A stretch of 63,966 bases of DNA, counting the filler, from Phoronis australis (Eukaryota; Animalia; Phoronida), in assembly GCA_002633005.1 (NCBI GenBank). It is 6 parts of 6 records of this genome, joined end to end, with 100 filler letters (N's around TTAATTAATTAA, not from the genome) between each part and the next. Parts side by side here need not be neighbours in the genome. Positions count along the whole stretch, not along the records: positions 45,398 to 56,971 come from NMRA01000341.1; positions 57,072 to 63,966 come from NMRA01001388.1; 4 more parts are not named here. One strand, written 5' to 3'. The notes under the pieces were generated by a model that was not told where the DNA came from, searched no databases, and was given only the letters and a program-made list of their open reading frames with translations. Both the position numbers and the translations under genes were made by a program. Below, piece by piece: positions 51,409 through 63,966 of the stretch (position 1 is its first letter; each line of letters opens with the position of its first letter).

Positions 51409-53204
51409 CTGGCAAAAGATAAAGGCTTATACGGTCAATTATGTCAAAGCCTGAACATGAAAACTGTTAAATTCATTAACTCTAACAAGCGAGTCTCGAA
51501 ATTGTCATAGCATTCATAATGATTGGTTTCCACAATCAAATTTGACAGATCAAACACAGGCAACTAAAATGAAACAGGACAATTTTGGAAGGGCTGACTG
51601 GCCCCGTTAAATGTGATGAATTCAACCTCGTTTACTTGCTTGTGCCCTGAATGAACTCTTTGGGAAGGGAAATCCTTTTCTACCCTGGCATAGAAATGTT
51701 TGCTGAATACATAGTGAGAGCAGTACCCGTGTTTTAAATTTACAGTTTGACTGTGAAGGAAATACCCCTTCAGCAAATTACAAGAGATTAAACACATTAG
51801 TTTAAGGGCCGATACTACAGTTAAAATGAACACAAGTACTACTTTTCAATTCAACACAAACCAAGCAACCAAACAGTTGCTTAACTGATACAAATAATCA
51901 CTGCCATGCAATACAATTGCTTATTGTTTCATTGTTCTATAAACACCGGTGAAATAATTGCACAACAGGTGTTGGCTATTAAAACTTCTCAATATTACCC
52001 TCAGACCCACACCGTTTTGAGGCAAAAGCTGTAATTTTCAGTGCACTTTCCATTTAATTCTAACACCTGTCAATGCAGGAATAGAACATCTCAGAAATAT
52101 CAAATAGGTCTATCTATGCTGCAAACTCCACTATCAATTGCATGACAACTAGTGCTGCAAACACGATATTTTTGACCTACGGACTTATACAAGGAAGCCT
52201 AGACAAATTCTCTTTCGCTAAACTCTATATTGTCACCAAGACAGAAAATCCCATAAGGCCAGTAAGATAAAAGCAAATATTTCAGCATAGACAAACACAA
52301 CCTCGGTATTCAGACACATTGCACTGTCTTATTAATGTGCATTGTACTTCAGCTCGTCCAGATGTATACTGCTAATGAATTATGAGTCATCGCCTAATGA
52401 GTGGATACATTGGCATCAATGTGCCTGAATCAAGTGCACTGATAGTATGACCTGACGACATGCTGTCAACACGATGAATCATACGTGTCTAGACTAGCGT
52501 CTCCCGATAGAATTAGTGGGAAATTGACGATGATAGCACAAAGACAATTAACCGTCTATTTAAAGTGAGATTGTACATGCCTTCAGAGGCTACAAAATCA
52601 ACAATTTCACAAGGTTAAGATAAAAAGAAGTTTGAAATGATCCAGGAAATTTAAACTACCACTTGTGAGCTCTACCAAGGACAGAGTCCAATCACAGAGT
52701 TGTCAACTTTCCCACTTTTTGAACTTTTGTCTCGCGTCCTGCAACAGCAGTTGTTACACACGTCGCTGAGTTTATGTCCTGCTGCATATGTTAATACTTG
52801 ACGACACTATTACATCAATTTCCTCATTCTGATTCATAGGTACAACTAAAAATACTGTTGGCATCCTGTTTGTTACAGTTTCGGTGGACAACTTCCCTCT
52901 ACATGTGCATCCTGATGTCACGCTTCTTCGTTTTGTAACCTTGGCAACTAGAAGTGATAACTCGCATTGATTAACTACTTGAGTCTGCTGTGTTGATAAA
53001 TGCGAAATCATAACAAAATATGGACTGTCACTGAAAATTCATCATAATAGTGACACTAGATATAAACCAGGGTTGGGTACGCACAATCTCACTTCAAGAA
53101 ACCAACACAGAAATTCGTGTTCAAAGTCTTGACAGTGCATTAAAAATTAATAATGATTCCTAAGACAAGTGAAGCCTGAATGCAGGCTAAGTTAAAACTA
53201 AAAC

Positions 53205-53306
53205 CTTCTGGCTTTTTCTTGTCATCTCCTTCCTGTTGTTGTTGTTGTTGCTGTTGTTGTTGTTGTTGTTTATTGATAACACTGTTGTTAAACAGTCTCT
53301 TGTGAT
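53205..53306 (-). CDS. SPG7: Paraplegin N-terminal exon with Q12 tract
   Basis: gttttgtag|(D)HKRLFNNSVINKQQQQQQQQQQQQEGDDKKKPE|gtttta; 102 nt, phase 1-1, in phase with neighbours; weak donor. Confidence 0.7.
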
Positions 53307-54433
53307 CTACAAAACACCATTAACAACAGTATTAGTTACAGCTAAATACTATGACCACCACCTGAATCCTGTTTCTCGAAGACTCTATTTGGCTTTTGTA
53401 TTGAGCTTAAGGTCAGAAATATGACTTTTTTGTCTGTTGCATTCCTCAAAATGTTCCATCTTTTGTCTAATTGAGCAGACTACAGATTTCTGTGTTATGA
53501 TTTTCAGATGTAGACAAAATTTCTGAGTTTCACCCTTAGCTTGAGTTTGGTGAAACAGCCATTTGTAGACTGATTTTTAGCCAAAACTCTGACGACAAAA
53601 CCAATTGATTCTTCGAGAAACAAGCCCCACTAATTACAAGACTGAACACTGGGCATGATGCGAAGTCGACAAATGTGACTTGGAGAAATTTCCATCATGG
53701 TGCCAAACGGGGACTGAAGATGTATCATTCTTCTAGCACAAATGGATGTTCTGAATATTCCTTAGGGCAATAAAAATATGCCCCGTCATGGAAATTTCGA
53801 GACTGCTTTTGCAGTAGAAACTTGACATGGTTTTTTTGGACAGGTAAACAAAAGGTTAAAATAGTTTTAAAGCCATATGCAGCATGATTTTCGAAAATTA
53901 TTGTTTTACTTGACGGTCTACAGTTGGAACAGGCCTTCATCTAAATGGCGTCCAGGACATCCAAATGGACACCCTGACTCAAATTTAAACACCTTAGCTA
54001 GGATGCCGAGTTCAGCATTTGGATGCCTATTAAATAAGCAAATATGCATGCATGTATCTTTTTACTTGCTAGAAGCAGCTGCGGGAGTTCATTGGCCGGT
54101 CAAGAATTAAATGTTGATTTAGAAATGATGTAAGAAATCCTGTTCCTAATTAAACGCGACAAAGGAATGGTAGAATGGAATTCATCGATTGCTTCAAATG
54201 AAAGATTTGCCACCAATAATTATCTTTATTCTAGCTGGAAGCTTGCAATGCCAGCTTGACACAATTAGCACAGAGTGCGTCTTTAGAACTGCCTTCACAT
54301 CTAAATAAAACAAGAGCACAAATCCGACTATTCAAGTCCCAACCAACAACCCTGAAAAGGAAGAAAACAATCTAGTTTCTTGAGCAAGTTTTAAAGTATG
54401 ACTGCTAAGACAGAAGACAAGTGAAACACTAAC

Positions 54434-54533
54434 CTGTTATCCCAAGCAGTTTTGCTTGATCAAGAAACGAGAATCCACTTCGACGAAATATACCGGATAA
54501 AGCTTTGACCTCATTTCTTAAAACTACGTGTGC
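54434..54533 (-). CDS. SPG7: Paraplegin N-terminal exon
   Basis: tgttgtag|AHVVLRNEVKALSGIFRRSGFSFLDQAKLLGIT|gttagt; 100 nt, phase 0 to 1. Confidence 0.72.
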
Positions 54534-54719
54534 CTACAACAGAACCAGAACAGCTATATTGATTACCAAAACTGCTTATTTAAGCACATACTCTCATCTA
54601 TGAAACACCTGTTACCTATTAATGAGTGCTTTACATGTAAACGCATGTGCCTTATGATCCACTCACAGGCACAGGTGATAATTCCTCACATAGGCGCACG
54701 TCTAAAACTGGGTGTTATT

Positions 54720-55444
54720 CACGTTTTTTTGTCCACTTGACGTTAATTTCGCTTTGAGATCATGCCTCTCCGAGTTGAAATGGGACAATTTATACATTTA
54801 TCTCCAGAAAGTAGAATCTGCGAGATATGTCAATCAAGACAGATTGAAGATGAATTTCTTATTTCTTATTTTACTATGATGTATCTGTTAAGTGTTTGAA
54901 GCTTGTTACACTTATAATCTAGACACAAAACCATTCATTGACAGTGAATTCTTCTATTTCATGCTTCCTAATGAAACTACCCCATGATCTTTCACTAAAT
55001 ATTTAAGGGATGCCTCTCACTCTTGAAAATGAACTTGCTATGCTACAGTCAATTAGTCGCAAAAATTTTTAAGTCTGGTCAGCACGCCACATATGACCAC
55101 ATCATGTGACCTAACGAACACCAGTCTGAAAAGATTTCTGCTCCAACTGGGACTTGAACTGAGGACCTCCTGCTAACCATGCAGGCACTCTAGTCCACTG
55201 AGCCATCAGGACAACCGGTTGAATACAGAAATTCAATCAGATCTAATTGCGGGCATCTCGCCCTTGAACTCCCGAGTGTATACAAATATGTAATTCTTAA
55301 ACCAGTTTAAGAATTACATATTTGCTTTTCTGTTGATGAATCGACGATGTATTCATGAGTTAAATTAACTTTCGTGTTATTATTCTAAGCCTCGTGGCAG
55401 CTAGGCATCTTGTTTAAATAATTATTCATTCATTCAATCATTCA
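54720..55444 (+). mobile_element. 3' remnant of a LINE (C-terminal zinc-knuckle region and (ATTC)n tail)
   Basis: IMPLRVEMGQFIHLSPESRICEICQSRQIEDEF matches L.IETGR..R.C..C...IEDE.H; ends aataaattattcattcattcaatcattca. Confidence 0.6.
55140..55212 (-). pseudogene. tRNA-derived SINE head or tRNA pseudogene
   Basis: A box TGGCTCAGTGG, B box GTTCAAGTCC, perfect CCTGC/GCAGG anticodon stem; acceptor and T stems are mismatched. Confidence 0.65.
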
Positions 55445-55619
55445 GTAAGGTCTTCAGCATAATAGCGAAACATTTCCTTTTATTCGAGTGACTTTGCGTG
55501 ATCTTGCTTTTCTTGAAAGAAACTTGTTATATGGAATGCCATCCAGGACGTCTTTCATACAACACTTTTCAACATACAAGGAAACCAACTGTGACAAGAA
55601 TTAATAGATTGTTATTTAC

Positions 55620-55817
55620 CCGAGGCAGATTACTGCGTGTGCTCAGACAACGGGCACAGTAAGACAACACTCCTCCTATATCTCTGCTCAGCAGCCATGT
55701 TGGATCTCGTGTTGTGGAGAGAGGGGATAATTTACATCCGTAGTTAGGGCCAAATGAAGTCTGGCGAGGGATGAGATACGCTGGCGAAGAAATTCTGTGC
55801 GCTGCACATCTATACAT
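55620..55817 (-). CDS. SPG7: Paraplegin exon with likely mitochondrial targeting sequence (exon acceptor at 55827)
   Basis: MYRCAAHRISSPAYLIPRQTSF...RCLSTRSNLPR|gtaaat; Arg/Ser-rich and acid-poor; phase 0, matching the next exon. Confidence 0.7.
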
Positions 55818-56913
55818 TATCAAACCTCTGAAAGATAAGTACACAAAAATGCATTCCGTAAAACGGGCATTCTACAGCTGCCCTTTTTAGTGGATGTAAA
55901 CGTTCTGGTGATGTTGTGATAGGTACGACGAGAATGCGCATTAGTTGACATAAATGGAGAAAGCCAATCGCGACACTTTGCTGTGAATGTTGTCGATTGA
56001 ATTAGGAAAATCTGAAGGTACTAACATGGCGTTGGAGTAGTGAACGTGCTCCGGCACATTAACAAACATCGAACCAGGAGTTAAGAATACATGTAGAGAA
56101 GCAGTTCAGAGTTGGAGAGTTTGTGTGTTCAGACGTGCTTGTTACTGTGTATGTGACTTGAGATAGTCACTGTGTACTTACATGTATATCTGCATATCAA
56201 TCAAACAATAATCATTTACTTTAGAGACCTGTAACAATTGCTACCCAGCCACAACTTGGGCTTATAAGTCACCATTTCCAAAGAGAATGTACAAAAATAG
56301 GCAACACATAGATGTGTACAATGACAAAAAGAAAATTGGACCAACCTTCTCAATCATTATTAATTAAGTGTAAATGACAACTTTTTTCACCTGAGACATG
56401 AATTATAAATAAAACTGATACCTAATTTACTAACAATAGTGCTAGTCCTCAAGAAAACTAACTGGTACTGAATTCCTCTATATAGTTTGCGTGCACCCCA
56501 TACCTGTGGGAGAATATATATAGAATAGCTGATAGTGGTGTTTAATATTCACAAGTCAAACGAATACAGTCTGGTCAGACTTTCAGCTGTGTCTGTGTGT
56601 TTTACTCAGGTGCGTAGTAAGTACTCTGACTTTGAGCGGGCTGAGTGAAGCCAACCCAAGACAAGCCGTTCGAGTAGTTTCAGTACTATCTCAGCACACC
56701 ACATAGCCAGGGATTCCATCTGTTAGCACTCAGGAAACAAGATGTTACAAAGATTTCCAGTGACTTAAAGTGCATTCCAGTGTGTTCAGATATTTCTTAG
56801 TGTATCAGTGCATGTTGGTAAAGGGGCACACAACATTACCAGCTGGTGTCAATGTCAACAAACTAGCGTCAGTGACCAACAGTGACAGTGTCTAGCTAGT
56901 ATAGTCCGGTTAC

Positions 56914-56947
56914 CTATTTTCGTCAGGCTCCAAAGTTCGTCCGCCAT
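56914..56947 (-). other. SPG7: Putative SPG7 first exon with ATG (uORF or N-terminal extension)
   Basis: aacaagATGGCGGAC (strong start context, YY1-like motif) gives MADELWSLTKI, then G|gtaacc donor; CpG-rich contig end. Confidence 0.55.
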
Positions 56948-57149
56948 CTTGTTTCGCGTGCAGCGCAACCANNNNNNNNNNNNNNNNNNNNNNNNNNNNN
57001 NNNNNNNNNNNNNNNTTAATTAATTAANNNNNNNNNNNNNNNNNNNNNNNNNNNNNNNNNNNNNNNNNNNNAGGGGTAGAGAAAGAGAAATAGTACGTTT
57101 ATCAACTTATATAACAATTAGTGAAATACAATTAAAATACACACGATAT

Positions 57150-58080
57150 GCAAAACGTACGTGGCGGGAAAATAACAGATTCTATGTGAATAGCTGGATA
57201 TGTCGTAGGATGACAACATTCTATTGAGTTGGGGCTTGTGTTCTAAAATTTTGAAACTTTCTTTTAGAAAAAAACGGAATTTACAAGCATCGTGATCTAA
57301 AATTCTAACGCTGTCAAAATATGCCTCGTGACCGTATCTCTCTACATGTATCACGTGACTATTAACAGAACTTTTTTTTCATTAGAATGTGCATTAGTCT
57401 AAATTTCAAAAATCCGACAAGTCATGCCAATATAAGATACGTTGCAGTCAATACAGCTCAAACAATACAACAAGTCGGAAATTGTTTGGATCTATCGAGA
57501 TACCTAGGGCTATTGGTAGTTAAAAATAACAACAGGTTCCGCAGCAGGTGTTACTTTGCCCAATAGCCCAACTCTCGCGATTTGACGTTTAACCTTTGAA
57601 CTTTCACCACCCATAAAACGTAGGGAGAGATAGACTTTCTTTTTGTCTGTTCCGAGAATGGTGGTATTATTATTTAGTGTCAAGTTATCGCTGAACTTGC
57701 GATGGAAAGCATCTACAAAATTTCCATGGTAACCATTGGCTACTAATGTGGTCTTAATAAACTCTAATTCAGCTGTGTTGAGTAGAACAAATACATGTTT
57801 GATGAGCCCTGGGCCTATACGGTCCTCACTAGGTTTCTTTTGTACTGTTTGGGGACGAAATTGTTACAGCTAATGTATAAACCTGTGAATGGAGGTTTTC
57901 TACAAATACTTGTAGTTATTTCACCATTTCCATGTTGGAGCTTACAATCGCATTCGTCTTCTCTAGTGGACCGAATGTTAGTGTGCTATTTTTAGTAAGA
58001 TCAAAAAATTCGGCGTCTTCAGCCGGAGATTCTCAAAAAGCCGCTTCGTCGAGGACCATCGCACATAAGGAGTACACCAT
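57150..58080 (-). mobile_element. Penelope-like element remnant (RT thumb plus GIY-YIG)
   Basis: Frameshifted pieces in the expected order: TSICRKPPFTGLY..FVPKQYKRNLV; IKTTLVANGYHGNF; YCLSCIDCNVSYIGMTCR; H..FDSVRIL..LKESFKILEHKPQLNR. Confidence 0.85.
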
Positions 58081-61000
58081 AAAACAAGTAAAGAACACAA
58101 AAAATGAGACAGTAATTACTATTTACTATTCTTACATTTGACATACATGTACATGTAAAAGTATTTCAATAAATAAACAAAAAAAAAAACAGAGCAGCAC
58201 CCACTTCGCGACATAAGCGGCCCGTTACAGCTTCGCAGCAACCGGAGGGCCCAACGTTAAAGATCATGTTGAAACACCAGGCGGGTCACAAATAACAAAA
58301 TCATTATTTTTATTATTAGTGACTGGTTAATTTATTGAAAGGGTATTTCTCGCCTCATGCGTCATAAATATGGATATCCTGAATTAAGTAGATTAATTCC
58401 CTACAAAACCGCCTACACAAATTAAGATTGACTCCGTATAAAAACCAACAGGTAGAGTCTATACCCAAAATCACAGATATTTTAGACTTAGCGCATGATT
58501 TTGCTTTGGTGAGTTGCAGAAAAAATTCGCTCTTTAAGAATTTCCATCTATTATTTCTCTTTTTATGACATGTACCTCCATTTTGCAACAAAATTGGGCG
58601 CCGAAGTAGACATGTTGGAATCCATTTTACTACCATGTATAGCTAGCTGAATAATAAATAAGTGATATGATTTTGAAGGACTATGATTGAATAATTTAAT
58701 GGCATAACGTTCAAAATTCATATTCAAATTTGTATGTTTTGATTTTGTGCGGCAAAAACGACTATTTTGAAGGTTTTCACTGAAGCCATTTTCGGCCAAC
58801 TTTGGTTCTCTGTAGCAGCCATATAATATTACACCTTTTCAAAAACTGACCTTATAATAATTTCTCTAGGCATTCCTAACCTCCTCATAATCTAAAACAA
58901 ATAATCTTGACTCTCCCGTAGTTCTTGCTTACCAACCATTACACGAACTGCACTTCGTCCTATTTGGCTCTTCTCAGTTGCCTCAATCACCAATAGGAGG
59001 CCTCTTGAAATGTGTAATAAGCTTGCAAAAACGACGTAAAGAGATTGTATTTTAGAGAAAAAGCAAACACCATTACTAAGTAAAATTCTCTCAAAACCAC
59101 ACTGAAGATTATTGATTATTACAAAAAAGTTGTGTACATAAATTGTAACTGGCATACGTGTTTCGTCTAAACGATAGATGGCGTCGCTGTTTGTTTACGT
59201 GGAGACTGTGGACGCGACAACCAGCCGAACCTATCTTAGTCGTGTTTTTTTACTTTCGTTGAGAGAGCAAGGGAGGCACCTAAGAGGGTTGTGGCCCTCT
59301 GTTCAGTGCAAAAAATCTTCAACTCGGTCAAAACTCATTGTATTTTTGCATTCATATTGTAATAGCCCCGCAGGTTGCTACAAATTTTTATTTCCGCACA
59401 GGTCGCCGTTGAATATTTCTGACAGTGCAATCATTAACGGTATGAAAAGGCGTGTAATCATGGTCAAGAGAAAACAATTCATGAAAGACAATTTTATTAA
59501 TGAATCAATTCATGACTGTCATAAAGTAAACACAGATTCTCAATCAGCCTGTCCAAACTGAGCCAGTGTCCACCGTCAAATGTTGAAGTCAATACCTCAT
59601 TCAAATTTTCTGCTGGAAGGTGTTCAAGGTACAGACATTTTGTGCTTGGGTGGAAACCGGGACCCGGCAGATTCTATTCGATGAACATTGCATATGATTT
59701 GACTTCACGACTGGTCCTGCCCAGTCACAAATTTACCCGGCTATCCTGGCGACTACGACAGCTCGTACGCTAGCACAACATCTCACAGTCTGAAGTAAGG
59801 TCTGACTAAAACCACAAAACTTTCGGGGTCGCACTCGTTTGATCAAAACTCTCTAAACCCTCAGAAATGGACTTTGTTCTTCCTTTTGAGAACATGGTAA
59901 CATCAAAATCAGTCTTTACGCATAACAATTCTTACAAATTCAAACTTCAAAGGGCTTTATTTCCATTTAATTGAACAGCAACTGTCAAATAAATAATAAT
60001 GGAATAAAACAAGAGGGTTACATGTACAAGTTTTTTATACATATACATCCTCAAACCTAATGTCAACTGACTCACTGGACAAAAGTCATCGGGTTCAGTT
60101 CTGATACTGATGACGTAATACATCCCTAAAACAACTGGTTTTCATTTGAAAGACCTTAGACTTGACTTTTGTAACAACTAAAGCAGATTTCTTTCTCAAA
60201 TTTTCGTTAAATTTGTCTGTAAACTATGCCCATCATTTCCAAAATCGACAGTTTCGCAAGACAATTTTCACTGAATGTAAAGTTGAGGTAAGATATTTTT
60301 TGATTAGTCACCAAGATTGACTCTTTAGCTGTTGTATGTTCAAAAAGTTCCATAAAGTTACAAGACGCAATATGGCAGTAAGAAGGTCACAAAAAACGGC
60401 CACTTAAATTAGCGAGTAAAAGTGGTCTGCTGTGGGTTATCTCCCTGCCTTGCACAAAGCTTGAGTAAATGCCAAAGAATTATTTACAGTATTCCAGCCA
60501 CCAAACAAAAGAAAAACTTTCAATATATTTTGTAAGTTACTTATTTTCGTTGCGGAAAACAAAGACAATTTTGGAAACGGCTGATGTGACCAAATGTGGT
60601 CTAGTGCTCCAGCGGCAAAAATAAGGGTCATTAAGTGCACAAAATGTGGCATTTAGATTTTTGTTAGAATAGCTATCCATTTACAAAAAATGAAACAGCT
60701 AGGGTATTCTGAAGCGAAGCAACCCCGCCGACTCTCGCGAGCCTATGCAGTCTCAAATCAGCGCCATGATCTGTCAGTGGTGTTGCAGTGTCACTATGGG
60801 ACCAGGTAAAGCTATAACAGCAGCGTAACTGACTTTGTTTCATCTTGAACTGATGTGGTGATGGGGTATTTTGGTAGCGCATTTCTTTCAAATAGGTGAC
60901 CTAATACGGGTGTTTAGTATAACGTGTCTGGCACTATTATGACATGATTCCGCAAACAGGAATGAATCGTGTTACAAATGTTCACAAAATTTCCAGGCCG

Positions 61001-61775
61001 GGCTTGCGGTTCCCATCAGTTAACCACGGGAGCATTTTAGCACTTGAAACTGCAAAATTATGTGTATGGAATAATCCTTGTGCTCCACCCATTAAGCTCC
61101 AGGGGAGTTGGAGAGGATTTAAGATTTACATTTTCCTTTGTCCGAAATTCAAGGGCAGAAATCTGACGACATTGTGCGAAATTCGTGGACCATTGAAAAC
61201 AGTTTTTGGACCTTGTACGAATTTCGTGCATTACGGAAAACTCATTTTGGAAATATTTATCCAAATATGACGGACTCTACGGTACCAGGTCCAAAGCACG
61301 GTAAACAAATTAAAAGTGCTTAGTAGTTTTTCATTTTGGTATTGGGGTACTAGGACTACGAAATACCTGTGTTAATCTCAGCTGGGTCTAAAACGTCATA
61401 ATGACGTCATACTAAACCATTGAAAACGAGATGAAGTGGTGCAATTTTTGTCTGACCGTGACTCTCAAAACCGCACCACTTGTTTTGGAAATACCTGTTC
61501 TTAATCATAAATATAAGAGATACTCGCCAAGCTACCACCGATAGATGTTTGTGTAGCTTTGAAGATATACCTAAAAGTGAAGCGGATATATTTTTCTTCA
61601 GCATGACGACCCAATCGCTTAATAACCACCGTCCACCGACGATCGACACTGTGACCGTCGGTTCTCGTAATTGATCAAGCCTGAAAACATCATTAATTCC
61701 TTGGAATGGTTGTCGTTAAGTACACGTGAAATGTGTGGACGTGACACAACGCTAACTGTAAGCGGTATAATATTA

Positions 61776-63079
61776 AACAAGAGCAACGTGGAGTGTTGAA
61801 ATGCCCCCACGAATGCACCGCAAACGGTGTGCCTCTAGGGTTGTTTATTTGTTTCATACAAATGTCCAGTAAATGGCGCAAAAAACGTACAATCCATCTG
61901 AAAACGGGAGCATACCATCACTTCTTTAATAGAAAGCTATTTAGCAAACTTCTTAAAAATCTGTCAATGAACTTTTAGAGACACAATGGAAAACAGAAAA
62001 AAATGAAATTGCCACAAATACGGGGACGAAGCATTCGCTGGATCTGCCTGAAAGACGTCATCGTCTGTTCTATAGCTTCATAAAAATACAATCACTAAAT
62101 TTAATAAAGTTCCTGTAATGGGTTTACGAGATGCATCTAGGGGCGCAAACCAAAACAATACTACCACTAGGAGACGCCACAGTAGTCAAAGTCGTCATCG
62201 TCAGCTGTCCTCTCACACTGAGAACATATATGCCAATTTTCAAAATCATCCTTAGAATGGTTTGGTTGGTCGAGTGGTGGAAGCCAAAAACAGCAAAACA
62301 TGGCCACTAGTTGGCGCAAAGTACCTCGATTCCATCCGAAAACTGGAGGATAGCATCATCTCACCAATAGATGCCTACACTCTACCAAATTTTCTGAAAA
62401 TCCGTTGAAGTACTTAAGATACAGAGGTAAACCTAAAAAACTAAAATTGCCAGTAGGGGGCACACCGGCAGTCAGATCCGTCCGAAAGTTGTCGTCATCT
62501 GTTGTCAACATCAAATAAATACACTCCCAAAATTTAGTAAAGATCCTGCAAACATTTTAGGAGATACACCCATGGGCGCAAAAAAAAACAAACCTGCCAC
62601 TAGGAGGCGCCACAGTAGTCAAAGTCGTCGGAAAATCACCGTCAGCTGTCCTCTTTGTAATAAGAACATACATGCCAATTTTCACAATCATCCTTAGAGC
62701 GGTTTGGTTGATAGTGGGGTGGATGCCAAAAAACAGACTCAAAAACAGCAAAAAATGGCCACAGGGTGGATAACGTCATCTTGCTAATAGATACCTGTAT
62801 GCAAAATTTTATGAAAATACAGAGGTACACTGTAAACGTAAAAAACTAAAATTGCCACTAGGGGGCACACTAGTAGTCGAATGCGTCCGAAAGTTTTGCT
62901 TATGCTATCCCACGCATGAAAGGAACATGTGTGCAGATTTTCATGAACGTGCGTTGAATGGTTTTGGAGATAGAGCAGCGGACGCCGGTCACTGGAAGGC
63001 TGGACAGACGGCTGGACGGACGGCTGGGGATGATGGCACAATGCGTCCACATACATTGTATAAATGTGTGGGTGCATAA
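61776..63079 (-). mobile_element. HINE/DINE-1-like element, copy 3
   Basis: Same termini and core repeats as 5141-6432, more diverged. Confidence 0.78.
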
Positions 63080-63966
63080 AAGTACTCCCCGATAAGTCAG
63101 TCTCCAGTAATGTTGTAGTTAGACAGACTAGGCAAAAAATATCATTAATTTACTTTGTACGAATTCGATGCCTCTCTGTGAATGGTACAAGTGACTCTAT
63201 GCCTTTGGGTGATCAAGGTTCGAGTCCCCATCGAAACAAATAAAACCTGTATGCAGAGGCAAAATTTTGAAACGTGATACAAATAAAAACATGTCTACCC
63301 AAAAGTGCGCTTGTGTTTGATTTGTGCAATTTTGAAAAACAATTTTTGTCGATTGAAACGTCTTGTGACATTGAATTAAGAGCACTGAATGTAGAGTGCA
63401 GTAATCTATGCCCAGTAGTGTTTCATGATTTACTTAAAAGTTTGACAGGCTGGTTTTGTCGTCAGTTCTTCAAATGCCGTGCAGTTTTGATACTTTCAAA
63501 AGTCATATCTCATAGTTATTGCGTCTGAGATGACATATACGTTGGTAATTCACTGTATCTTTAACTAATGTGCTAATGGGCAATGGTGACAACCGAATCA
63601 CTCCAGTCGTGATCATGACCTAAAGCATACTTCTTCAGATATCCATCAACGACATAGCCAGTCAGTGAAATACAGATGGGCGTGCTGATGAACGGACGGC
63701 CATGAAAACACCGTGTCCCCTGCTTCACGCTAACTAATAACAGTAAGAGAACAAACACGCCTCAGATACAGTTCATATGTAATGTTGTATTTAGTGGTAA
63801 CACCATGCACAAGTCTCTTCACACAGCAATTACACAGTATTGATCTCCCCCATGATGTTAACTGGTCGGTTTTTGTACTTCTCCGATATTTCATGTTCAA
63901 TCTGAAAATGAGAATTTATAAACTGTGACAATAAAGAAATAACCATAGAAACTGATAAAGGCTGAC

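Noticed and set aside
55140-55212. Functional tRNA-Thr(GGT)
   Set aside because: Acceptor and T stems do not pair; more consistent with a SINE head.
58300-61770. Many 60-127-aa ORFs in the last contig
   Set aside because: No recognisable motifs or consistent splice-phase chain; probably intergenic or decayed repeat sequence.
63684-63720. CTGATGA...GAAA hammerhead-like string
   Set aside because: Stems I and III and the UH cleavage site cannot be formed properly.

Overview
Eukaryotic, AT-rich, intron-rich animal DNA (probably a marine invertebrate; this is inferred, not shown). The window is six contigs joined by artificial 100-nt N-TTAATTAATTAA-N spacers, so gene order across spacers is not reliable. 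Spliced genes were read by hand. (1) At 793-12896 (-), the 5' part of a Cys-loop (nAChR-like) receptor subunit. Two symmetric phase-1 exons insert about 470 aa of Ser/Thr-rich mucin-like sequence between its signal peptide and its ligand-binding domain; this is the most unusual feature. (2) The 3' end of clathrin light chain, including a 12-nt microexon. (3) DHCR24 exons 1-2, head-to-head with the first coding exon of UHRF1. (4) The 5' half of SPG7/paraplegin, with a possible uORF and a Q12 tract. Repeats include three full-length Helentron-associated (HINE/DINE-1-like) elements whose ~145-bp core repeats each carry a CTCF-consensus motif. There are also several MITE families (one nested), Penelope-like and LINE remnants, a tRNA-derived SINE head, minisatellites, and n-joined duplications that look like haplotype assembly artefacts. 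All calls were made by eye, with no database searches.
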